Shown here piece after piece: positions 6,993 to 18,700 of a DNA stretch of 36,958 nt. Source of the DNA: an uncultured Alphaproteobacteria bacterium (lineage in GTDB: Bacteria; Pseudomonadota; Alphaproteobacteria; Rs-D84). Each line of letters starts with the position of its first letter. Within the stretch, counting starts at the first letter, position 1. The DNA is taken from NCBI GenBank assembly GCA_937900435.1, contig CALCEG010000006.1:1-36958 (forward strand). Direction: 5' to 3'. Both the position numbers and the translations under genes were made by a program. Under the pieces are notes generated by a model, which was not told the DNA's origin, searched no databases, and saw nothing but the letters and a program-made list of their open reading frames with translations.

Positions 6993-7619
6993 ATGGCGGA
7001 CACAACGGCACGCGACAATCTTTTAGTTGAAATGTTTTTGCAATACTGGAAATACCCAGTAAAACCAACATTTCAGGACGGTCAAGGACAAGACCTCGAC
7101 GATAATTCGGTTGAGGCGTTGACTTTGGCTATGTATGAAACAACCAAAAACGAAGCGTTGATGGTGTATCCGTGGCGTTCCGCACAAAAGTTCGTATTCT
7201 TGAACAATCCACAACCAAATGAAACTGGCGATGGAAAATACAAATATGTATTCACATTGCCAGAGGATTTTTTGACCGCAAACGGATTTTGGCGCGACCA
7301 ACAGCGCAACCAACCAATCCAAAATGGCGTTGATATTATCGGGAATTTAGCAAAGACAAATCAACAAGCATTTTTACTACAATACACAGCCAATATGAAA
7401 GAGGAAGAATCTAAACTTGACCCTTGGGTTATTGACTGGATTAAATTATATCTTGCAACAAATTTGGCTGATATTGGCGGATTAGACCCAAACACCAAAA
7501 ACTTTTTGATTCAGGATTTGCAATTCAGGGAACCAGTCCTGAAAAACAAAGATTTTGAAATGTCTCATCACGATGAAACAATCGGGAACGAGGACCAGTT
7601 TTTACACGATTGGTATTAA
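6993..7619 (+). CDS. Tail adaptor / tail tubular protein A-like (T7 gp11 position)
   Basis: 208 aa, directly between the portal module and the gp12-like gene. The call rests on size and synteny only. Confidence 0.4.
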   Translation: MADTTARDNLLVEMFLQYWKYPVKPTFQDGQGQDLDDNSVEALTLAMYETTKNEALMVYPWRSAQKFVFLNNPQPNETGDGKYKYVFTLPEDFLTANGFWRDQQRNQPIQNGVDIIGNLAKTNQQAFLLQYTANMKEEESKLDPWVIDWIKLYLATNLADIGGLDPNTKNFLIQDLQFREPVLKNKDFEMSHHDETIGNEDQFLHDWY

Positions 7620-7631
7620 AAGGTGGATTAA

Positions 7632-10163
7632 ATGACGCTAAAAAGAAAAATTATTACTTGTTCAAAGGGTCAAATATCGCCTGAGTTGATAGAACGAACC
7701 GATATAAATATTTTAGATAAATCAGGTCAAAAGATATTAAATTATTACAATTCTAAATACGGCGCGTTAAAATCCGCCCCTGGAACTAAATTGACTGTTG
7801 CTTGGACGGGTATAAAAAAGATTAAATTACAAAAAATAAAACTGGCAAACTTAAAAGAGGGTTTTATTGCTTTCAATGGAACAGACCAGACAATATCAGT
7901 TTATAATAACCAAGCCGAATTGTTGTCAAATATTTTAAGCGTAAATTGGTTAACTGAATCTAATGTTGAAAATGTTATTTTGGCACAAAACCAAGATTTG
8001 ATTTTGGTTGCAACTGGAAACACCCCAATAATACAAATAAATATTGACAATCTATCTGCAATAACAGCAGAAGTGTTTTCGATTGCAATGTCAAATATAA
8101 TGAAAGCATCGAATATCACAATTCCAGGGTTAAATCCAATTGTATTTCGTATGGGTAATGCAGGATTGCCCGCAGACCCCGCAAGCGTAGGTCTAGGCGT
8201 TGGGAGTTTAGTTTATCCAAACTCTGGAACAGGAACACCAGGCACATCGTTTCCTTGGGCTGTGCAAAGATTAGACCAAATTGGAAGTTCGGCAGAGTGG
8301 AATATCACAAGCGTATCCATCAATAATGCTGGAACCGATTATGTTGACGGCGATATTGTGGAACTTGATAACGGTGCACAATTCGAATATAACAACGGTT
8401 CATTGACAATTGTAGATTCCACAGCGATTTATTATACAGACCCAGCAGGAACAAATCTTGCGGTTAGTGGCGGAAGTGGGACTGGTATGACTGTTGATAT
8501 TACCAGTGCAAACACACAAAATATATGGACGCCAGTAAATTATACGGCACAAACAGACGATGAAATCCAAGATTTATTCGATAATACTTTTTGGATATAT
8601 TCGGGTTCTGGGTGGAGTCGCCCATCATCAAACCAAGATGTCGAATACAATACAAAGTGGTATAATTCTGCAACAAGCGGGGTTATAAAAATCATAGGAC
8701 AAAATAACGGAGTTTTGTTTTCTGTAACCGCCCCTGCTGGACTTGACCCAACAAATTATGCGAAAAGTATATTATTAGGGGTAAATTTTGATGGTCTTGA
8801 CGCAATTGGGATTATACAGATTCAAGCAATCAATGGGACTGTATTAGGACAAACTTATAGTGTGACGAGTATTGACGGTTTAACACTCGTTTCGTTTGAT
8901 AAAACTTATACAAACAGTTCACCAGCACAAGGCTTTAAGATAGAATTTTCGGCTCAACCTGTGTTTTCTGGGGATTTTCCTTTCACTGCATCAAATCCAA
9001 CAGAACAAAACAATTACCCGACATCAATCCTATTTTATCAACAACGCCTGATTATCGGGGGAACAACCTATAATCCGTCCCAAATTGTATTTTCGGAGGT
9101 TGGGGTATATAACTCTTTCAAAGATGAATACTTAAACAATTCGGGATTTCAATTGGTTATCGGTTCAACAGAAAAAGAACAGATTAAACGAATCTTATTA
9201 AACCAAGGTATTCAAATATTCACTTCGAATAATGAATGGATTATGAACGACCAAGCAATAACTCGTAATTCTGGGTTTATTCGTAATTCATCTATGGGGA
9301 CATCTGGTGTAGAACCTGTTATTGCTGCAAACGGAACCACATTATTCGTCCCAAAGAACGGAAAAGGTTTGATTGGATTTACCTATAATTTCCAAACCGC
9401 CAGTTATTCAACACCGTATATTTCATTATTTACTGATTTGTTGGACAATCCTATTGTTGATATATGCCAGAAACGCGGATTAGATTCCACAGACGACACA
9501 CTGTTATATATCTCAATGGCTGATGGTTCGCTGGTAATTGGAAACTATTTGCAAGAACACGAAATTCAAGCGTTTTGTAAAAGAGCAAATCCAAGCGCGG
9601 TATACAAACAAACGATTCAATGCGACGACCAAGTGATTCATTTGGTTGACCGCAATGGAAATACAGGTTTTGAACTGATTGACGAAACAAAATATACCGA
9701 GGCTTCACCTTATTCCTTTACATACAATACGAATACAGGTATAATAACACTGACAACACCGACATCATACAATGGTCAAACATTAAATGTATATGATGGA
9801 AATCACAAATTTATTGGGGCGTATGAAGTTGTCAATGGCACAATCACATTGCCAGCAGATAATAGACCGTCTGTTGTCTTGGAAGTTGGGTATAATATTT
9901 CAAGTGAATTTATCAGCAATCCACAAAATATAAATGCCCAGACAAAGACGATTTATAAATCCATCACAGCGATTCGTTTGGCACTGACAACTGATTCTAA
10001 CCCTGATTATTTGAAAGTCGAAAACAAATCGGCAAGTTGGGTAAAAGACAATTTGGCTGAATATCGTCGTTTAATCCGTCCAACGCGCGACGCAAGATTC
10101 CACATAACGAACGACATATATCCAGTCGAAATACTATCGATAGAAATTGAAATAGAGGCGTAA
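7632..10163 (+). CDS. Tail nozzle / tail tubular protein B-like (T7 gp12-like)
   Basis: The N-terminus SKGQISPELIERTD...GQKILNYYNSKYGALKSAPGT parallels T7 gp12 LKGGISQQPDILRYPDQGSRQVNGWSSETEGLQKRPP. At 843 aa it also fits by size and synteny. Confidence 0.55.
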   Translation: MTLKRKIITCSKGQISPELIERTDINILDKSGQKILNYYNSKYGALKSAPGTKLTVAWTGIKKIKLQKIKLANLKEGFIAFNGTDQTISVYNNQAELLSNILSVNWLTESNVENVILAQNQDLILVATGNTPIIQINIDNLSAITAEVFSIAMSNIMKASNITIPGLNPIVFRMGNAGLPADPASVGLGVGSLVYPNSGTGTPGTSFPWAVQRLDQIGSSAEWNITSVSINNAGTDYVDGDIVELDNGAQFEYNNGSLTIVDSTAIYYTDPAGTNLAVSGGSGTGMTVDITSANTQNIWTPVNYTAQTDDEIQDLFDNTFWIYSGSGWSRPSSNQDVEYNTKWYNSATSGVIKIIGQNNGVLFSVTAPAGLDPTNYAKSILLGVNFDGLDAIGIIQIQAINGTVLGQTYSVTSIDGLTLVSFDKTYTNSSPAQGFKIEFSAQPVFSGDFPFTASNPTEQNNYPTSILFYQQRLIIGGTTYNPSQIVFSEVGVYNSFKDEYLNNSGFQLVIGSTEKEQIKRILLNQGIQIFTSNNEWIMNDQAITRNSGFIRNSSMGTSGVEPVIAANGTTLFVPKNGKGLIGFTYNFQTASYSTPYISLFTDLLDNPIVDICQKRGLDSTDDTLLYISMADGSLVIGNYLQEHEIQAFCKRANPSAVYKQTIQCDDQVIHLVDRNGNTGFELIDETKYTEASPYSFTYNTNTGIITLTTPTSYNGQTLNVYDGNHKFIGAYEVVNGTITLPADNRPSVVLEVGYNISSEFISNPQNINAQTKTIYKSITAIRLALTTDSNPDYLKVENKSASWVKDNLAEYRRLIRPTRDARFHITNDIYPVEILSIEIEIEA

Positions 10164-10165
10164 AA

Positions 10166-11011
10166 ATGGCATTGACATACACAACAGACGATTTTTATTC
10201 AACAATGAATAATTTAATGTCATCGGTTCAACGACCGACTCCGCCAAATATGACTTTGATTCCAAATTCATCAAAACAGGAATTATTACCGAATTTGGCA
10301 CCAAAGACCAAAGGCCCAATGACTGTACAAACCGCAAGCGGTGCACTAATGTCAGTTCCAGAGGGCACACCTTTAAATAAGACCAGCATACCTGCAACAA
10401 CACCGACAATTACAGAATCCGCGCCCACAACAACTATTGACGCGTCCAGTGCTTATTCTATGTTTGATGTTGAAAAATTGGGAAAATTCCGCGCAATATG
10501 GGGAACGACTGGCAACGATTCAAAAGATTGGCAAAGATATATTGATATGGCAGGAAAGGCAAAAGTTGCATCGGCGACATTGACTGCGGCTGGTGGTATT
10601 GCCGGAAGTATTTTAGATATAAGTGCAGCGCATAAATTAGTCAAAGATACCGAAGCAACAAAGAGTCAATACGAAACCCAAAAGAAAATTATTGATACAA
10701 ATGTCGCGGATACTACATCGGCTTTAACTGAAAACTTGCAAGAAAATATGGCTAATCTTGACGTTATGGCGGCTGCAAAAAATGTCGACCTTTCTTCCCA
10801 AGCGATTGTTGGCGATAAAACCAAGGGCGCAATGGATTTGGGACAAGATATTGAAAAAATGCAAAGAGAGAGTTCTTTACAAAAGGCAGCACTTGATTTA
10901 CAATATGCAAGAAGTGTTAGAGCAGCAAAACAAGCCAGAATAGACACAACGATAAATTCAATTTTAAGTAGTGCTGGTGCTGTGGCAACTGGTGCTTTAA
11001 TGTTAGTCTAG
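10166..11011 (+). CDS. Internal virion/ejection protein candidate (gp14 position)
   Basis: 281 aa with a Pro/Thr-rich N-terminus, coiled middle and hydrophobic C-terminus AGAVATGALMLV. The call rests on synteny after the nozzle gene. Confidence 0.4.
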   Translation: MALTYTTDDFYSTMNNLMSSVQRPTPPNMTLIPNSSKQELLPNLAPKTKGPMTVQTASGALMSVPEGTPLNKTSIPATTPTITESAPTTTIDASSAYSMFDVEKLGKFRAIWGTTGNDSKDWQRYIDMAGKAKVASATLTAAGGIAGSILDISAAHKLVKDTEATKSQYETQKKIIDTNVADTTSALTENLQENMANLDVMAAAKNVDLSSQAIVGDKTKGAMDLGQDIEKMQRESSLQKAALDLQYARSVRAAKQARIDTTINSILSSAGAVATGALMLV

Positions 11012-11021
11012 GGAGTAAAAT

Positions 11022-12716
11022 ATGGCAAAACTTTACCAAAAACAAAATATCGGTTTATCGCGCGGTTCTATTTTGCAACCTTTACAGCCGACAAGTTATG
11101 GTTCTGTGGTTCGTGATGCTACAAAAACAGCCACTACTGCACTTGATAAAGTTGTTGTTGAAAACTGGACTTTGGGACACGCGAATCTTGTAAATGACAT
11201 TTTAACCCAAGCATACGAACAAAATCCAAATAATCTTGCCAGATTTAATGAAATGGTTGAATCGGGGGTATTGAAAGCAACAGAAAAATTACCTGAATCC
11301 TTGGCGCGTAAATTGCGTGCAGGTGCTGAAAGTAAAGCGTCTGCATTTCAAACCAAGATTAAAAATAATCAAATGGACGCTTTCGATGCAGAGCAAAAAC
11401 AAAAAATCGGCATAATGCAAGATGCTTTAACTGGCGATACACCGCTTGGGGTTGCCGGATTGCAAAAAATGATTTACGACGGTTTGATAAACAAAGACGA
11501 AAATCAAGTAATTCAAGCAAAGAAAAATCTTGATGCCGCACGTAAACAGTTATCAAATTTAGCCGAAGTCAAAAACAGTCGCGGAAATTATGTTATCGGC
11601 ACAGCAACCGAACGCAACGCATTGAAACAAGGCGAATTTGGTATGATGGACGCTTTTAGAACAAATATCGAAAGCCTGCCAAAAGACGGATTGGTTGATT
11701 TTTATAATAATGTTTTCCAAGACAAAAAGAAATATATGGAAAATACAGGGGTTAGTTTTGAATCTTATGACAAACAAGATAAAATCATAACGGACCGCAT
11801 CAAGGCATTTGATATGAAAGATAAAATCGAAATGCGCGACCAAGATTTTTTTGAAGCATCGCGTATATCGAAAGTTGACCCTGCTGTATGGGAAGATATT
11901 AAATCTCACGGCACATTAAAACAAGAAACCATAGATACAATTGACAAGGCTATCAAGGAAGCAGGAAAGAAAGGCGACCCTGATAAAGTATTCTTTACAG
12001 ACCAAAATCAAGGATTTCTTGCGGGATTGGCAGAATTACAAAATGCAATTTCAACTGACACTGGTGCACCCGATTATAACGACAACCTATTACAAACAGC
12101 AGCAAAAGTTGATATGAATATTGCACAAATGCACAGAAACGGACTTGGGGACGAACAAACCGAAATATTGCGTCGTGCGTTATCTGGTGTTGTTAGCGAC
12201 CAAAACTTTGCTGATGTCTTAAATATGAACGATGATTCATTTTTCAGTGAAATTGTGCGTGGTGCCAACAATGATTATCGTAAATCCGTGGAAAGTGCCG
12301 CCGAATCGATTCGTGCAAAATATGCAAACAATCCAAATCCAATGGCACAAAGACAAATGGAACAAGAATTAAAAGATTTGGAATTAAATAAATGGGCAAA
12401 TCCTTATTTGCGGAATGTTAGAACAGAATTTACAGACCAAACCAAAACTGCCTTAAATGAATTGGCGGGTCGTTATTCTGCACAAATTGTCGCATTGGAA
12501 CAAGCAGGACAACACGAACAAGCAATGCAATTAAAACACGATGCAAACAAAGAATTGATTTTCTTGAAATATAGTGATTGGATTCCACGTCAAGAATTTG
12601 CTAGACTTGAAAATGCACTGGCAAACGGTAAAAAAGCATATACCCAAATCGGCGGGTCTATGTTTGAATACAAAGGTTTAACTCAAAACGGCATAGCAGT
12701 AGAGGGGGTATTTTAA
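11022..12716 (+). CDS. Internal virion/ejection protein candidate (gp15 position)
   Basis: 564 aa, helical composition. The call rests on synteny. Confidence 0.4.
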   Translation: MAKLYQKQNIGLSRGSILQPLQPTSYGSVVRDATKTATTALDKVVVENWTLGHANLVNDILTQAYEQNPNNLARFNEMVESGVLKATEKLPESLARKLRAGAESKASAFQTKIKNNQMDAFDAEQKQKIGIMQDALTGDTPLGVAGLQKMIYDGLINKDENQVIQAKKNLDAARKQLSNLAEVKNSRGNYVIGTATERNALKQGEFGMMDAFRTNIESLPKDGLVDFYNNVFQDKKKYMENTGVSFESYDKQDKIITDRIKAFDMKDKIEMRDQDFFEASRISKVDPAVWEDIKSHGTLKQETIDTIDKAIKEAGKKGDPDKVFFTDQNQGFLAGLAELQNAISTDTGAPDYNDNLLQTAAKVDMNIAQMHRNGLGDEQTEILRRALSGVVSDQNFADVLNMNDDSFFSEIVRGANNDYRKSVESAAESIRAKYANNPNPMAQRQMEQELKDLELNKWANPYLRNVRTEFTDQTKTALNELAGRYSAQIVALEQAGQHEQAMQLKHDANKELIFLKYSDWIPRQEFARLENALANGKKAYTQIGGSMFEYKGLTQNGIAVEGVF

Positions 12717-12717
12717 T

Positions 12718-15700
12718 ATGGAAAAAGATTTTTTAACAGACCAAACGCTTTCATTGGACGATGCAATTGCAAAAGCCCAAAGCATAACCCCTGATGATGA
12801 CCCACAATTTGACCCTGTGTTGCCATCACAGTTAAATACTGCCGAAAAAACACCTAGCAAACACACAATGTCTATGGACGATGCGTTAAAAACATATCGT
12901 CTAAAAATGGACTCTATCGAGGGGTTGACCCGAATCGCTAATGGCGATATAACCACGCATTTTTGGGGAAATCTAGCAAAAGGCGCAGGTGATTTTATTC
13001 AAGAAATGAAAATGCAACCCGCCAAATTTGACGGTATGGTTTATCGCGCGTTTAATGGGCACGTCTGGCCGAACATGACAGAGGACGAAGCGGTTCGTTT
13101 AATGGATTCTGCCACTTCTTATGTTGCCAATCAGGAAAGATTACGCAACATTATCGTGCAATCCCAAGGCGGTGCCGATTCGCTTGTGCGTCCGCTTGGC
13201 TCTGGTGCATTGCAAGTATTATCGCTTGGTGTTGTTGGTTTGATGACTGGGGGTGCCGGAATTGGTGCGCTGGCAGGATTACAAGAAGCCAGTGATATAT
13301 CCCAAGAATTTGCAGAAAAAGCAATGGATGAAAACGGCGGAACATTACGCGGTTATGATAATCGCGAGGACGCTTTATACGCTGCATTACACGGTATTAT
13401 ATCTGGTTATATTGAAACTAAACTCGGTGTTGAAAATTTATTTACTGGTGCGGCTAAAAATACATTTGCAAGCAGACTTGGAACACAAATACTAAAATCC
13501 GCTGCGGGCGAGGGTGCCGAGGAATTTTTGCAAGAGGGTTCTAAGTTCTTGTTTGAAAATATGGCAGGTAAGAACAATCGCACAGGCGGGGAGTTCTTAA
13601 AAGACGCTTTAACAAATGCTGTTTATGGTGCCATTTTAGGCGGTGCGTTCAGTATTCCAATGTATCAAGTGAATAAATTACGCATCAACAAAGCATTACG
13701 CGCACAAGGTTTTACTGATGTTGAAGCGGACGAAATGACAAATGACATGATTGATAACGCGAAAAAATCAATCTTGCAAGAAGTCGATACTCGTTCTCAA
13801 TTACGCGAACACTATGGCGAACAATGGACAGGATTAAAAAATAAAGTCATTATCGCTTTGGAAAATGCAGGTTGGAAAGAAACACACCCAGAAATTGACT
13901 TGGAAAAATATGCAGCAGACAACGCGGACGATATCGTAAGACCGTTGTTTAATATGTCAAATAAATTCGGTATTGATACGCGAGATTTGTTGCAATTGGC
14001 AGATATTGATGTTATTGACAATGCGATTTACTTAAAACCAATGAATCTTGGTTCTGCGGAAGTTATTGCAAATAGAATCCGTGAAAAGAAAGAACAGGTC
14101 AAACGGTTAAATATTTTGGCGCGGACTGGTGCAGGCAATCCAGAAACCAAACGCACATTAAATACCCAAATTGAATTGTTGCAAAAATATTATGAAAAAT
14201 TGACTGGCGACAGATTGAATTTGGCGCGCCGGACTCGTGCTGGAAAAGCCAGATTGGATGCAGAAGTTTTAGCCAGTACAGCCCCAGCCGTATCAGAAAC
14301 AATCGCAAATATAGATATATCGCAAATGTCCAGTGGCGAACCAACAACACAAATACGTGAAAAATTGGACGGTCAACCGTTTGTTTATGTTGGCGATAAG
14401 CAATTACCAGTTGAATATAAAGTGGTTCCTATGGACGAAGTTATTGCGTCCCACATAGGTCAAGATATAAATACAAATTATTCATTAAAAGAATTGCAGA
14501 ATCGGGCACAGCGTGGAAGCAGAACCGACGTGTCAATCTTGCAATCCAGGGCAGCAAAGATTCAACCTGAAAACCTTGGAATTGCGTATAACACTCAAAA
14601 CGGCGCACCAGTTGTCAATGACAAAGGCGAAGTGATTGCTGGAAATGGTCGTTATGAAGTATTGCGTATGACGGACGAAAAAGGTCGTGCCAGATACAAT
14701 AAATACCTTGAATCACTTGGTTTAGATTTGACAGGCATAAAAGACCCAATCTTGGTCCGCGTTATGCACAATTTGACACCAGAACAGCAAATCGCAGTTG
14801 CAGACGCAAGTAATGTATCGGCAACGTCTGCATTTGATAACGCCAGCCAAGCCGCACAAGACGCAAAGTTATTGAAAGGCACAACAGGCGTAACGGATTT
14901 CTTAAATAAGATTCCAATCGAATCACGCCAGGGTTTATTTTTGGCAAATGACCGCGTAAATAAAGTTGCTTTGGACCGCAGATATAATGACGCTTTAATG
15001 ATGTGGTTGTTGAATAATGATACCGAATTATACGAGGAATTGTATTTGATGGGTGGAATCACACAAAAGATTCAAAGTGCATTGAATCAGTCAATACCGC
15101 AATTGATGTCATTAGAAAACCAATATCCAGATGTTGGTTTGCGTCAAGATTTAGCAAACGCATTAAAACGGTTGCCACAAATTTCACGTCAAGCAGATTT
15201 TGCATTTGCAATATCACAGGTTGAAATTGACGATGGCAGACCTGATTTATTCAATGAAAACGCTTTGTTGTATGTGTTGAATTTTGGAAAGAATACAAAA
15301 ACCTGGGAGGGAACAGGTGCAGATAGATTACAGGTCGGTTTGACATTACCTGAATTTTTTGACACATACACCCAGAAAGCGACAACCAATCAGGAAAATA
15401 TCGGTCAGGTCGATATGTTTGGACAACCGCTGGCAGTGGAACAAAGCAGAGGGGATTTGCTTGCTGAAACTTTGACGCTGGCATTCCCACGTGAATTTCA
15501 AGATGGTGCAGCAACCAGCCGTGATATGAAAGCGGTATTCTTGACACGTGCCCAGACAGCACCAACACAATTAAATCAGATGGATTTACTGGACACAGTA
15601 CAACCGTCATTATTTGCAGACGATACGTCAACAGCCAGTGCAGTAAGAAACTTGCCTTGGGAAACACCAGTCAACGTATCAAATCCAACATTCTTTAATC

Positions 15701-18700
15701 GTATGCCAGACGCAAACGACATTGAAATCGCACGCAACAATGGCATAGATTCATTCTTGATACTTGATAAAAACGAAGTTCCATCGAAACTTGTATTGCT
15801 GGACGGTTCGGTTGTCGGTCTTAAACCTGGTGCAAAAGTTCCATCAGGAAAAGATTTGTATAAACCATCGACACCACGTCAATTATTCCAAACAGAGGAA
15901 AGAAATCTTGTTGTAACACACGGTATATCGCTGCGTAATCTGCAAAAGGTTCTTGACCTTGGTGGAATGGCTGCACCGTCAATAGCGATTTCAAGTATAA
16001 ATGAACCTTTGACTGATTTTGGCACAATTACATTGGTTGGTAACAAAGATATTATCGACCCAGCCAAATCAGCAAATCGTGTTTATGACCGTGATATTTG
16101 GTCGCCAACAATGCCGTTCAAAACATACCCAAAGGCAAAGACCAAATCGGCAAATGCTTTCCGTGATAAATTCAAAAGCACATTTGTAAAAGCAGACGAC
16201 GAAGCAAACTTGGGCGAAGTGTTATATTATGCACAAAATTCAGCAAGACCAGAACAGGCAGTGCAAAAGTTCGAATGGTCCAGAGGTGCAAAACTATATT
16301 ATGTTGAAAACGTTTTGGGTAAAAAAATAGATATTCCAACACGTTCAGTCAACAAAGACGATATTTGGGGATTGCACCCAGACCAAGAATTTATCGACGC
16401 ATTAAAAGACGTTGATTCGATGGCACCTATGGACGAGGTTATAAAAAAAGTAACCGACGCTGCACGTGCTTTGATAAACCGCACTGATTACGGTAAATAT
16501 ACGAAAGAATACAGGGAAACATTTTTAAGTGATTACCCAGAGGATTATTCAGGTAATTTTAATCGTATGGACAGTATTTTATATCAAACCAAAAAATATG
16601 CACAAAATATAGGCGAAACCGAAGTCGATACAAGTGCACTTGGTAGAATCTTGGACGAATATGCAAACAACGACCAAAATTATCAGAAATGGGCAGAATC
16701 ACAAATTGAGGAAATGTTAGGTTCGCCAAAAGTCGAAGTCGGTAAAAAATTGCTTGACTGGAATCTTGAAAACGTAACAAAAGCAATGTTAAAAGCAGGC
16801 ACAGTGAACGGTCAAAATTCATTGGTTTATGGTGTTGGTAAAGTAATCTCTGCTGGTTCCACAAGATTTACGTCAATCAAAGGTATCAAAGAAGCAGCAA
16901 AGAATCTTAAAACAAAGAAAGACGCAGCCGAATTGACCGACGCACTTGGTGCAAGAATGCAGGATTTCACAAATAAATTTATGTCCGATTCGGATTTCAC
17001 AAATTCGATGGAACAAAAAGAAGCAGCATTTAGGGCTTTGGGAACATTGGCTGCAAGTGGCAATCCAACAAAAGAAAGATTGCAAAGCGTTCTGAACTAT
17101 GAATTGGCAAACAAAGAAAAATACCCAGACGAATTATTGCAAGAGGGTGTCGATATTGCCAAGGCAACCAAAGAAGTTGTGCGTTATTACTTTGAAGCGA
17201 AACCACAACGTTCAGTTTTATTGACCGAGTTTTCTGGTGCAGTAATGCCAGACGATTCGTCATACGACGAAATGGCACAAAAATTAAAAGACCTTGGTTT
17301 GCAAGTTGAACGCACAGACAATTTACAACAAGGTATTCGCAACATTGAAAATTCAGTTGGGGGTGTATTATTCCAGGGACGCAAAGTCAATGGATTTTAT
17401 GACCCAGAACTTGAAGTAATTGTTTTGGGACGCAGTTCTAATACTGGAACATTGCCACACGAAATGTCGCATTACTGGGCAAACACCATATTCAACCTGG
17501 TTAAATCAGGCAAATATAACAATAATCCTGATTTTATGGCACAGGCGATGGGAATGTTTAGAATGTTGGGCGTTGGTATGAACCAAGATACATTGACACG
17601 CGACCAACAAGAAATGTTTGCGTCAATGACCGAATCATATATCTTTGGAATGGCAAGAGTGCCAGAGGGAATAAAATTACCAATGACAGCATTCTTTAAT
17701 TGGGTTCCTGCAAAATACAAATCATTCCAAGACATAGGTTATATCAATTCCGAGGGGAAAGTTATAAACCCTATATTTGATAAATATGCTGTTGAATGGT
17801 TTAATGCGTGGTATGCAAATGGAACATTGCCGTCCATCGACGCTTCGCCTTTAATGATGGAAAATTCAAATGGCGAACAAGATGGTCGTATAATTCCATC
17901 AACAGCAGAAGTTATGAAAACGCGTGAAGCCGAAATGACAGCAGAAGCCGATAGATTAAAACGCGCACGCACAGACCAAACAACCGAAGCAATGGAATCA
18001 ACACCTTTGAGTGAACGCGCCGCAGCCGCAGCCGCCGAGGTTGAAATCGAATCCAAACCAGATAATTTGAAATTGAGTGAACCGCCGGCAGAAAAGAAAA
18101 AGAACATTGTGTCCTATTTGATTCCAGGGCGTGGAACAAACACACGCGAGGGAATGTTCCAAGTAGCGCGCGATTATCTTAAAAAAGAACCAGAACATGC
18201 ACGCGAAATCGCTTTTGGCAATCCTGCACTGGTTCAAAATGATACAGGAGTTGATAGGGCTATCTTGATTCGTGCGTTGATGGAGGAATACAAACAAGGC
18301 GACCCAGAATATGCAGAATTGTATCATAACCTGGCTGAAACAGTATCATTGGCTGGTAAAACCCCAGGTTTATCAAATGATATGAATTTCCAATATTATC
18401 GCGTTGCAATGGACCGTATAAGAAACGGCATGGAAGCAAAAGCAGCGATTAAATATGCAGGCACACGCAACCTAAACAAAGCCAGACGGACATTCAATGC
18501 TGATATTGACGCATTTATACAAGAACACGCGGCAAAGATATTGAATACAGCACCTGATACAGATAAACGCGAAATGCTGATAAAGCAAATGTTAGCAGAG
18601 GCAACCCTTAAATTCGGTGGGGAAACAGCAACCCAATTGAATCAAGAGGATTTGCGTCGTGGTCGCGGTATCAAATCAGGCGAAAGAGAGGTATTTACTG